Source: Convolutriloba macropyga
Taxonomy: Eukaryota
Direction: 5' to 3'
Assembly (NCBI RefSeq): GCF_964194025.1
Contig: NC_134468.1
Coordinates: forward strand, 23,064,001 to 23,128,000
DNA length: 64,000 bases
The notes beneath the pieces are model-generated. The model made no database searches. It saw only the letters and a list, made by a program, of their open reading frames with translations, and had not been told where the DNA came from. Every line of letters begins with the position of its first letter. Positions within the stretch are counted from its first letter, which is position 1. The position numbers were made by a program, and so were the translations under genes. Shown here in pieces: positions 1 through 9,200 of the stretch.

Positions 1-48
1 AGAAAAATAAGGCAATGCAGATGCTTGATTGGTGTAGTATGAATCCAT
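1..48 (-). CDS. N-terminus of a Polinton core/PZ-like protein, truncated by the window edge
   Basis: ATG at 48-46 gives MDSYYTNQASALPYFS, resembling the YYxxQ...LPxF start of the Gly-rich protein that usually follows the penton in Mavericks. Only 16 codons are visible. Confidence 0.6.
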   Translation of the reverse strand, partial: MDSYYTNQASALPYFS

Positions 49-53
49 TGCTT

Positions 54-937
54 TTACTCACCAAATTCTTTAAACTGTAACGTCAAAATGACTTTTCCGG
101 TCCCTGAAAAAGGGACTAATTGACCTGTTTCTGTGCGTAGTTCTATAGAAATTGACTGAATCGTATTTGAAAGAAGTTCTTTGTAGTCCAAATTCGAAAA
201 AACTATTCTTTGTGTTGGTTCAAGCTCGCAGACGCTACCGTTTTTCAATCGTTGTTTTGAATCAATGACTCGTAATAAAGGTGCTTTCGCATCGCCCACG
301 TATTGATACTCAATAATGTTTGTATAAATGAATATCAAATGTTTCCCGGCGCACAGATCAGCTGGAAAGTCACCCATGAAAGCTTTAGTATCATCTTTTT
401 CATCAGTTTATTTGCAATTGTGTCCATTTTATAACCAATGTGTGTTCCTCGTCCATCAGGAGTGCCCTTGAAACCAATAATGCTAGGAATTTCATCGCTT
501 GGAAACGTAATTCTGTCGTATTTTCCAAAGACAATTTCAAATTTACCGGAACTTTTAATTTCTCTGAAAGAAAAATTTGGTAAACCAACAGTTCTTTTAA
601 TGGTAGCTAACAACTGTGGCACAGTATCAAAAGTTCCTGGCATGAAAGCTAATCGCTCACCGTTGTATGGACGTGATATGACATTGGCTCCAGAGCTATT
701 CCGTTGATGATCTTCTAAACCACCTAAACTGTAAGAAATTAGGACTCCGTTTGTGATGTGCTCTATTTTTGTTGGAAAAATAATTTCACTCAAAGCTACT
801 CTCCATTCTCCCGACAGTTGTATTTCATCATTGAAAAAATTCTTGAATGAAGCTAATGTGTTTTGATCGAAGATCTCCATCGAAGCGGAGGAGATTACAT
901 GAACCGTAAATTCATCTTCAAAACGTTTATTTGCCAT
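54..937 (-). pseudogene. Minor capsid protein (penton), frameshifted
   Basis: N-half (FTVHVISSASMEIFDQNTLASFKN...LSGEWRVALSEIIFP) and C-half (FIYTNIIEYQYVGDAKAPLLRVI...ISIELRTETGQLVPF..GKVILTLQFK) match Polinton minor capsid motifs. They are joined by a 1-nt shift in an A-run near 396-400. Confidence 0.85.
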
Positions 938-1902
938 TTTGCACAAGCGACTCTCGAACTAATTGGAGTTCGGGTTGATAGAATTTACCCTGAATAATTT
1001 CCTTATCCTTATCGATAAGAGAATACGTTGGAGGGTTCAATGTTGGGACAGACGAAATTTCAAAAACCTCGTCTGTAAATGACTGTTTGTAGCCCTTTCC
1101 AAACGTCTCTTCTCTTTTCAGTATTCGTACAAGATCACCGACAAAAAATTTTGGTTTTTGAGAATATGTTGTATTCGCAATCAGCGATACCAGTCGCGGA
1201 ACGTCTTTTTTTGTGACTTTGTTTGGAGCAAGATTGATTGTTCGATTAACTCTAGAATTGATAGTTTTAACAAATGAATCCAGTTTATCTCGATATGAAT
1301 AGGTCCACTTTTCTTCTAAGTATCTGTATATTATATTTTTTGATGGAACGTATATTTCTTTCAGCAAAAGCAGACTTTTTCTCACTGAACGTACTGTATA
1401 AATGAATTCCGCGTTTATTGCAGAGGGCTTTGAAAGCACCGAGGAACTCTGTACCATCATCGACCCAAACTTTTTTAGGTTGCTTATGCTTGATCATCTT
1501 TTTGAAAGCCTCTGCAGTTTCTGTAGCATATTTTGTTTTTAGTGGTTCAACTCTGAGATATCTTGACAGACAGTCAACTGCAACAAGAAGGTATTTTACA
1601 CCACTGTTGTACTTTGCAAGTTTATCAACAAATGCTAGATCTACGGACCAGATCTCATTTAGGTCGTTTACTTTAAGCCTTGGAAATCTGAGGCGACGTG
1701 AACAATATTTGGTGAAGGATGGTTTCGCTTCCAAATACATTTTTACTTTTTTCGTTGATATTTTACTCAAATTTTGCAGTCGTTTTGCGTTTCCAAATGA
1801 CGCATTTCATTTTAAATAGAGGTTATCAAGTTTCTTCACATCATCTATAGAAAGCCCAGTCTTTTCTACTCGTGTCTTCGTCTGTCTTTTTTTTGCTCTC
1901 AT
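927..1902 (-). pseudogene. Retroviral-like (rve) DDE integrase, disrupted
   Basis: ATG at 1902; in-frame TGA at 1807-1809 (LYLK*NASFGN). Catalytic motifs WSVDL / WVDDGTEF / AERNIR are present. Frameshift in an A-run at ~1336-1341. C-terminal SH3-like part GDLVRI..F.KGY..FT.EVF..FYQPELQ. Confidence 0.9.
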
Positions 1903-2611
1903 CGACTTTTGGCTTTGCACTTTTTTCTTTTGTCTCAGATCTTCCTCTTGGTTGTTTTTGTTGCTGTTTCTTTTGTTTTCGAGTTGGTTGTTCTTCCTCT
2001 TCTTCGCTGTAAAACTCATCGAGAACTTTTTTTGAATGTGTACTGTAAACCAAGTGGGCTGCTATATCAAGTTCACTCAATATTTTGGAATACTTTTGAA
2101 CGTCAATTTTTTTGGTAGGTTGTTGTAAATTGTACAAGAAATTTGTCACCTTCACTCCTTGAGGTTCATCTTCAATATGGAGAACATTATTCTCTTCACT
2201 AATAGAAACAGTATCGGAATCAAAAATTTTTTTCAGGATTATTGCAGCTCTTTTTGTTTTATTTTCATCCATTAGTTTTAGTTCCAGCATTATTGAGTCA
2301 AAGGCTGAGTCTTTCCGTTTTTTCACTACAGGTTCAATTTCACTGTCATCACTAAAAAATGATTCTGTGTTTACATCATCTCGATCACTTGTTCCATCAC
2401 CGACAATTCTTGTTCTCATGATCAGTCTATCAGTGCTTGTGTCAGCATCTTTTTTTCCACTGCTCTGCTCAAAGTTTGGATTAGATCTTTCTAGGAGCGA
2501 TAACTGAGTGGCTTTTTGTTGATATATTGGATTATCAAGAATTTCTTCCTTGGTTGGATTTTTTGATATGAACATTCTCTTGGGAATCAAAACGAATTCT
2601 TCTGCATGCAT
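1841..2611 (-). CDS. Polinton hypothetical protein (~256 aa) upstream of the integrase
   Basis: Intact ORF from MHAEEFVLIPKRMF; its ATG overlaps the upstream stop (TAATG). Acidic then basic low-complexity tail. Position is typical of Polinton gene order. Confidence 0.7.
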   Translation of the reverse strand: MHAEEFVLIPKRMFISKNPTKEEILDNPIYQQKATQLSLLERSNPNFEQSSGKKDADTSTDRLIMRTRIVGDGTSDRDDVNTESFFSDDSEIEPVVKKRKDSAFDSIMLELKLMDENKTKRAAIILKKIFDSDTVSISEENNVLHIEDEPQGVKVTNFLYNLQQPTKKIDVQKYSKILSELDIAAHLVYSTHSKKVLDEFYSEEEEEQPTRKQKKQQQKQPRGRSETKEKSAKPKVDESKKKTDEDTSRKDWAFYR

Positions 2612-2877
2612 TATTTGAGTTTTAAGTAAAGATAGCACGAGAATGCTATTGCCTTGATAAGTTGTGATTTTCTCGTCAAAATAAATCGCTTTTTCTTCAG
2701 ACTTGTTTCCTTTGATAATAACTGCTGAAATGATACCTCTTGATTTTTTAGTGGCTGTTTGTTGACTGGAACATTGCCATTGATTACAATGAGCAAACAC
2801 TCACAAAGAATATTTATAAAACTATTTGGTGCTTCTTTGAGGAACTTTCTGAAATTAATATCAGACATCTCGAGCAT
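2611..2877 (-). CDS. Small conserved Polinton/adintovirus protein (LCEC..I.GNVP...SLKKKR family)
   Basis: MLEMSDINF..ILCECLLIVINGNVPV..LLSKETSLKKKRFIL resembles the conserved small gene found downstream of the ATPase in Mavericks. Confidence 0.72.
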   Translation of the reverse strand: MLEMSDINFRKFLKEAPNSFINILCECLLIVINGNVPVNKQPLKNQEVSFQQLLSKETSLKKKRFILTRKSQLIKAIAFSCYLYLKLK

Positions 2878-3554
2878 TTGCTTTAGCATACATAACTCTT
2901 TCTCTCTCATCTGTCAAATTAGTTATAACCGCTTTGGAGGAAGGTAGATAAAAAATTGTAGGACCTGGTTGTACAATATTTGAACAATAACGCAAGAAGT
3001 CTGAAGTTTTTGGATCCAAAACGATGAGTAAGTAACCAAAGGGTAATTTTGTTGCTAACTCTTAGCTTTCTTTTAAAAAACTTGTGTTGTTCAACTGTTT
3101 GCCAATATAGGTGATCTGCTGTATGTCTCTAGGTGATTTGAACAAAATGATGTGAGTTGTATTGAGATCAATTGTTCTTGACCATTTACTCTGTTGGAAT
3201 AAGTTATGCTTAACGTAAATGACGCTAATATTTCTGTGACGTCCAGCAGTTGCGAGTTTAGAAAACTCTTTGTCGTTGAAAATTTCCTCGCAAGAGTCGT
3301 CAAAAACAAGCAGACAGTTTTCCAGCTGTGAAATGAAATCAAAATCCAGAAAACTTTGTGAAAAAAATGTTCAAGTTACGCTCTATAGAGCTGAACTTTG
3401 GTTGCTCATGTTGATAGAAGTAGTAAATAGAATTAAATTTTGGGTAAAAAGTGTTTCTCAGTAGCATTTGGAATATGAGCTCAGTTTTACCACAGCATGA
3501 TGGCCCACAAACAGCCATGAATAGTCTATCTTTTGTTGAAATTATCTTGTTCAT
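2861..3554 (-). pseudogene. DNA-packaging ATPase (A32/FtsK-HerA family), disrupted
   Basis: Walker A GPSCCGKT. After a 1-nt shift in a T-run at ~3341-3344 the frame continues with Walker B LLVFDD, then AGRHRNISVIYVKHNLF, LFKSPRD and PFGYLLIVLDPKT. In-frame TAA at 3062-3064; natural stop TGA at 2861-2863. Confidence 0.9.
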
Positions 3555-3832
3555 AGCTTCGGATTAGAAAGCGCGTAGCCAACTGTGCATGAAAGCAATG
3601 AAAACCAAAATGTTGACTCATCACAATCAAGATGAAAAAACACAAGTTTGATCAAGGACACACCAATAAGAAACAGTATTAATACGATTTGAGTAAAATA
3701 CACTACTTCTGATCGTGGTAGTCTAGAGTTACAAAATTTCCATGAGCGTCTCTCTTGATTTTCTTCATTGAAAACTAAATCATTCAAACCTATTCCAGCG
3801 GGAGAATCTATCTGGTCTTCTTTATCACTCAT
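3551..3832 (-). CDS. Small two-transmembrane-helix Polinton protein
   Basis: SWKFCNSRLPRSEVVYFTQ, hydrophobic helix, then FWFSLLSCTVGYALSNPKL. Its stop overlaps the ATPase start (ATGA). Confidence 0.7.
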   Translation of the reverse strand: MSDKEDQIDSPAGIGLNDLVFNEENQERRSWKFCNSRLPRSEVVYFTQIVLILFLIGVSLIKLVFFHLDCDESTFWFSLLSCTVGYALSNPKL

Positions 3833-3881
3833 TTGAAAAGACGTTTTGATCAAAAATGAATTAAAACATCAGTTTTTTGTG

Positions 3882-4160
3882 TTAGTTCATTATTTTGTTA
3901 GTAACTCTCTCAACCATAAAAAATTCATATGTAGTATATCTAGAGTCTTTGTCTTCTTTCTTGAAAGTCACTTTGTAGTACGATTGCATGCCACAATCCT
4001 TTGCGTAGTAGACAGTTGACTCCACGTTTGCTTTGCTGACTATCTGTTTGATTTCATCAGGGAGACTTTCGTCGTCCAGGCTCACTTGAACTGGGGTTGG
4101 CGACTTGTGCAAAGGTAAAGGGGTTAGTTTCAGTCTTCTCATTTTCTCTTGTAAAGACAT
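3882..4160 (-). CDS. Polinton hypothetical protein (92 aa)
   Basis: Co-oriented ORF inside the packed cluster; no recognisable motif. Confidence 0.45.
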   Translation of the reverse strand: MSLQEKMRRLKLTPLPLHKSPTPVQVSLDDESLPDEIKQIVSKANVESTVYYAKDCGMQSYYKVTFKKEDKDSRYTTYEFFMVERVTNKIMN

Positions 4161-4398
4161 GGTACATTTGAAAATATTCGAGCAGTGAAAGATATTTCTT
4201 CAGCGTCTCAACCTCCGATAAGTTGCAAATAATCTGTTGTTTCCTCAGAATGGATTGCCCACGTGATTCTATTTTTTCCTCTCTGACCAAAGATAGATTT
4301 ATTTGATTATCATTCGTTATGCAACTGCATACTGTCAAACTTGGAGATAAATTCACTTGAAGAACTGAAGGAGCTACTTTCTCCACTCGACGGCTCAT
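4057..4398 (-). CDS. Polinton hypothetical protein (113 aa)
   Basis: ATG overlaps the stop of the upstream ORF (ATGA at 4395-4398); no recognisable motif. Confidence 0.5.
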   Translation of the reverse strand: MSRRVEKVAPSVLQVNLSPSLTVCSCITNDNQINLSLVREEKIESRGQSILRKQQIICNLSEVETLKKYLSLLEYFQMYHVFTRENEKTETNPFTFAQVANPSSSEPGRRKSP

Positions 4399-4901
4399 TG
4401 GCGGGCAATGTTAGCCAATAGAAATACAACTGCTTTTCTTTTAGCGCAATGTCTTTTCTTTTGTTTCTCAGGCAAGTAAAGAGAGTGTAGAGCACAAGTA
4501 AATTGTTTAATTGGGGAAACAATTTCCTCAACTTTAGGGCATGAAAGGGTATCCAAATCTATCACTTCTTTCTGTAAAAGTGTTTGCAGTGATTCAGTTT
4601 TCTTTTTCCCTTTAGCATAAAACTTTCCTGAAGGAAATCGAAGTTTAATTGCAATAAAAATTTGAGATATAAACCAGTAAGGATAATTGCCACTATTCCA
4701 CGACAAACCGTGTAAGAACCTACTAACCCACTGATGAGATTTTTTCTCACTAGCGGATAGTGAGTTGTAAGAAACTGGTGGAAGGAACAAGATTGTGTCT
4801 GTGTAGTTGTTTGAGCAAATCGATAACTTCTTAATTATAAAACCCGATTTCTTATGACGAAAACCTTCAAAATCTAAGACAACAACTTCTGGCTTCAACA
4901 T
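4395..4901 (-). CDS. DEDD/DnaQ-like 3'-5' exonuclease-fold protein
   Basis: VVLDFEGF (ExoI-like DxE), FIIKKLS, HGLSWNSG.Y, KG.KK, IDLD and a C-terminal HCA. This pattern is seen in Polinton accessory DEDD-like proteins; the assignment is by motif recall only. Confidence 0.6.
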   Translation of the reverse strand: MLKPEVVVLDFEGFRHKKSGFIIKKLSICSNNYTDTILFLPPVSYNSLSASEKKSHQWVSRFLHGLSWNSGNYPYWFISQIFIAIKLRFPSGKFYAKGKKKTESLQTLLQKEVIDLDTLSCPKVEEIVSPIKQFTCALHSLYLPEKQKKRHCAKRKAVVFLLANIARQ

Positions 4902-5308
4902 TCCAGCAAATTAAACAAATTCTTTTTAAAAGTTTTCACGAAGAGGCAAAACATTAATCCAGTCATGTGACCAATGTAGGCGTTTGTGATTGGACAAGGT
5001 AAAACGTATGAATATCCAGGGCTTTTCTGACTATGCTCTGCAATAAACCCTGAAGCGTCGTGAAGTATTGCATGTAATCGAATGAATTTATAAGACTTCA
5101 GGTAAGTGTCTAGTGAAGAGCTGTCTATACCTATAAGACCACCATATGGTCTCAACTTGAGAACTATTTCCAAGTTAATTTCTGGGTCCAGATAAAGACA
5201 TGCTGCCAAAAAGTATCTAAATCGTTCACTATATTCAGGATAGTCGACTTTTATTTGTTCGTAAATTTGATGAATGTTTTTCAAATCTACTGTCGCTATG
5301 GTTGTCAT
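4895..5308 (-). CDS. Polinton terminal ORF, possibly phospholipase A2-like (HD motif)
   Basis: Intact 137-aa ORF from MTTIAT with a PYGGLIG glycine loop and LHAILHDASG. The PLA2 assignment is tentative because the canonical CxxHDxxY is absent. Confidence 0.5.
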   Translation of the reverse strand: MTTIATVDLKNIHQIYEQIKVDYPEYSERFRYFLAACLYLDPEINLEIVLKLRPYGGLIGIDSSSLDTYLKSYKFIRLHAILHDASGFIAEHSQKSPGYSYVLPCPITNAYIGHMTGLMFCLFVKTFKKNLFNLLEC

Positions 5309-5444
5309 GCTGATTCTCAAACAGAAAAATAAATAAATGCACAAAAGTTACTTTTATATATGAAAATAATAAAAATGACAAAAATTGACTTTTTTCAAGA
5401 AAATTTTTCTATCTTTTATAATAAACGCATTAACTGAGAAGTTT

Positions 5445-5740
5445 TTTCAAGTCAACAAAAAATCAGTTTTGAGTGCTCTTTCATAGCGCAAAATCCATTT
5501 CAGACCATTTTAGGACTCTGGAAATTTTTGAAAAATTTTTTTCAAAAATTCGAAATTTTTATGTTTCGACCCCTATACTACTTAGGTGAAAAAAGTGAAG
5601 TCAACAAAAAATCACTTTTGAGTGCTCTTTCATAGCGCAAAATCCATTTCAGACCATTTTAGGACTTTGAAAAACTTTGAAAATTTTTCGAAAAAAAATT
5701 TGAAAATTTTTCAAAGTTTTTCAAGTATGCCTCTCATGGT
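5445..5740. repeat. Two copies of a ~149-bp tandem repeat in the putative Polinton terminal inverted repeat region
   Basis: gtcaacaaaaaatca.ttttgagtgctctttcatagcgcaaaatccatttcagaccattttaggact occurs at 5451 and 5600. Confidence 0.85.
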
Positions 5741-5845
5741 CTCAAAGATAAAAAAATTAAAGTTACTACAACAGGCTATAACCATAGTCTAAGCACTCAG
5801 TACTACGCATTCTTTCTTCTGAAATACACATTGAAGCAGCCGGTG

Positions 5846-6107
5846 TCTGCCATGTTACTGGAGGGCGGGGGGTCCGGACACCCCCCCTACAAGAACTCTC
5901 ACCACCGAAAAACTGATTTTCTCTTAGTGAAAGCAAGTTTTTTGGTTAAGTTTCGCCAGTCAACTTAACCCAAGAACTTCTCTCAGGCTGGCGAAACTTA
6001 ACCAAAAAACTTGCTTTCACTAAGAGAAAATCAGTTTTTCGGTGGTGAGAGTTCTTGTAGGGGGTGGGGGGGTCCGGACCCCCCCCCCCCTCCAGTAACA
6101 TGGCAGA
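5846..6107. mobile_element. Palindromic MITE (foldback)
   Basis: Arms of ~114-120 bp (5846-5959 and 5988-6107) are near-perfect reverse complements around a 28-bp spacer. Confidence 0.85.
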
Positions 6108-6290
6108 TATGAATACTACTCACGTTTGTTTAAGCTAGTCCATCACTGGAACTGTATAATTTCAATTTAAAATATCTTTTCACTAAAAATTGTTGCAAGC
6201 ACAATTTAAATATTAAGCTAAATTTCTCTCTTAGATTTCTTCTGTGAACTGGCCGAGAACCCCTGTGACTTTTTCCTCGACCTTGTGCAG

Positions 6291-9200
6291 AGCTATGCAC
6301 ATGAGGCAGGTCTGCCAGACAGTAACTACACAGAGGCACAGGGGCAGCATTTGACCTTTTCTACTCTTTCTCAAAATGACGCTTACGGTCGGGGTCAAAC
6401 AGAGGGTGACTTGAACAAGCAAGTGAACAACAATGGCAGCAACTTGTCTGTGAATTGTGACGACACCACAGCAGTTATAACAGTACCCAACGGAATCCAT
6501 AAAGCTAATAAACAAAGTGAGTTGTAATTTTGTGGCAAAAAATTCATTAATAAATTTATCTAATGTCAAGATTGTTACTACTTTCAATTAATTGTAACAA
6601 AGATTTCAAATATTAAAGCCCTTTTAGACCGCCCTTTGAATGTCAGCCTCCCTTGATCTTACCTTTCTTAAGCAAAATTCTACTAAAATTGCCAAAATTT
6701 TGCCTTAGATGTTTAAGAAGCTCAAATTTTCATAAAGTTCAATAAAAAGAACGTTGCCTAATAGCTTATTCCGAGCGAGCAATTCTTTGGCAATTGAAAT
6801 AAAATTGAGCTCTTTTTAGAACAAGAGAGTGCCAACAGTCACTGTGAGGAGAATGTGGTTGGTGCTCTGAAACAGACTCTGCAGTCACTGTTCAGTGGAA
6901 GTAAAGAAATGAGTGAAATGAGAAGGAAGATAGAGTCAAGTTTCCATTGTGAGAAAGTGGAGGCCAGCAAGGAGTACCAGCCATTTGGAACACAGGTGAG
7001 ATTTCAAATGCGCAACACAGAGGCAAACGATCAAGTCGACTACTTCACTGCGAACTAAATAATGTTTTCAAAACTAGTTCAGCTAAGGGTGTAGCGTAAA
7101 ATTCTAACTTTAAATTGTGTAAAAGTAATGTAAAAAAATAATAGGTAAAAATAGAAAAGTAAAGGAAAGAAAGAAGTATTTGTTTTTACTACATTTAAAT
7201 ACTCAAAATTTAAACATTGTAAAAAACGAATACCCAAACTGGCGATGTTTTTATGTTTACGTTCATAAACTACATTTTTTCTTTTAATTTTCACCCCTAC
7301 TTTCCTAATAATCAATGGTTGAGTCATCTACTCAGCTATTATTGTGCTCCTATTTTTTACTACGACAAAAGATTTTGTTTCGCTTTACATACTTCTGCCT
7401 ATTATTCAACATATCAATTCTCCATGTGTTAGTTTCATTCGTCACCATTTTTACCGAATCGGTATTTAAAACCAGTTGCTCGCTCAGCAAAGCAATTTAA
7501 AATGAACAGAGTCATTGTCAAGCAAAAGCTTCGAATAGGAACTCGATAAACCCATAGAGCCCATTTTTGATAACCGTAGCTTAAATTTGATTTTAATTAG
7601 ACTCAGTTTGCTGATGTAATGCTTATTGGTTTTAGTACTGGTCTCTTTATCCTCCCATTAAGAAGCAGTAGTAAGCGCATTTACTAACTCCAATCAAAAT
7701 AACACGTACTTGTGTAATTTATATCCGCACAGTGATAGCTGGGGCTAATATTGGCCTTCTCTTTGTTTTTTTTTTCAATTCAAAGAATCCGAATTGTATT
7801 GGGGCGCTGTCTTTTTTTAAAAATCTGTTCGCACATTTTCATGATTTTTGAAGGCAAATTGGAGTAAAGATTTTGGTGTTGCCGAAACAGAAAGTGGGGT
7901 GAAAAAGCGAGTGGTTTTGCGGCGTGAAATTTTTTAGCTCTAATTTTAAAGACGAGTGAGAAAACGGTGTTTGAACAAAAATTCGATTTCTAGCTAGTGG
8001 TTTTTTGTTCACATGCGACCATTTCACTTTGATTTTTACTTTTTTTCAATTTTTTGACTTGGATTTTTTCTGAATGGTTTTCCATATCCATTCAGAGTTC
8101 ATTTTAGGCCTAGTTTTTCTGTTTGAACCAAATATCCACTTCTCGCTAGTGGTATATTTGTTCACATGCGGCATTTTGACATTGATTTTTCTGGTTTTTC
8201 TTACTTTTTTATCTGTTTTTTTTTAGAAATGGTTTATCCATTTCACTCATAGTCCGTTCTAGGTCTACTTCTTTGTTTAATCTATGAAAATTCTTTGAAT
8301 TGTTCGTCAGGACTTGTCCGGCTAAGTTTTTCTATTTCGTCGTCGCGATTTTTGTTACGACCATATGACGTCACAACCACTTCAAATCTGCTTTTTGTTC
8401 ATTCGTTCATGCAATTTCAACTGAAGTGCGAGCGTGACGTCAATTTTTGCTCTTAGTGGAGCTAGTTTTTTTGGTTCATTTGCTTTATTAAATTTTCGGT
8501 ACCACTTGACTTACCTCACTCACAAAAATGACTTCCTCACTTTGAAATTGACTTTTTTTACTTTAATTCAAAGCGATAAGGTCAAATGGGTGTGTGTCAC
8601 TCTAAATGAAGTTTATTAGAGAGCAACTAATAGAGGCAGCAAAAACTTATACAGATTTTTAATCAAAATATAACATATTAGTTTTCAATCAAAAGACGAT
8701 TTTTTTTGGTCTGTCTTTTTTACTGTTTTTTTGAGACTGCAGATCTACAAACCTATTGCGGCTAGTTTCTGGCAATCTGCCAGCTATGTTTTTTTGTTAC
8801 AAAACAATAGATAAAAATTTGTTGATTTTTGTTTATTTCAATTCTAATCGGGAGTTATGGGGAGTGAATCGTGGCTTTTTTGGTACTGTTTTGAAAATAT
8901 GGACTTATAGACTGTTTTTTGAAATGACAGAATGCGATCACCAATCATATCTGTAAATTTATAATATCTCACGTTTTTTGAGAAGACATATATGTTTTCG
9001 GATTTTGCTTCTAATTTACGGTGACTTTCATGTAGACGGATGGAATGTTTTTTATTCTGTACTGTTTTTCTATTCACATATCTCCAATTATGTGAATCCA
9101 TTACTGTGTATGAATTTTTGGACCTGAATATAGGTTTAGAACGTTTTTTATGCTTAAAACGCCCGTTTTCAGAGCAATAAATGAACATAATCAAAGCTGA

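Larger units (their letters stand above)
1..5770 (-). mobile_element. Polinton/Maverick (adintovirus-like) endogenous element, one arm; continues beyond the left edge of the window
   Basis: Compact, intronless, co-oriented cluster of rve integrase, packaging ATPase, minor capsid and core-type genes, followed by a gene-free repeat-rich terminal region. The right terminus is approximate (agttactac at 5761-5769). No TSD can be checked because the other end is outside the window. Confidence 0.92.

Noticed and set aside
1807-1809. Programmed readthrough or frameshifting in the Polinton genes
   Set aside because: Several independent lesions in different genes are more simply explained by decay or sequencing error.
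438-2118. Plus-strand ORFs over the Polinton (438-707, 1418-1819, 1909-2118)
   Set aside because: Antisense shadows of the minus-strand genes.
6113-6120. atactact as the Polinton terminus
   Set aside because: It matches the usual ...ACTACT end but lies beyond a MITE and ~350 bp from the terminal repeats; it cannot be tested without the other TIR.
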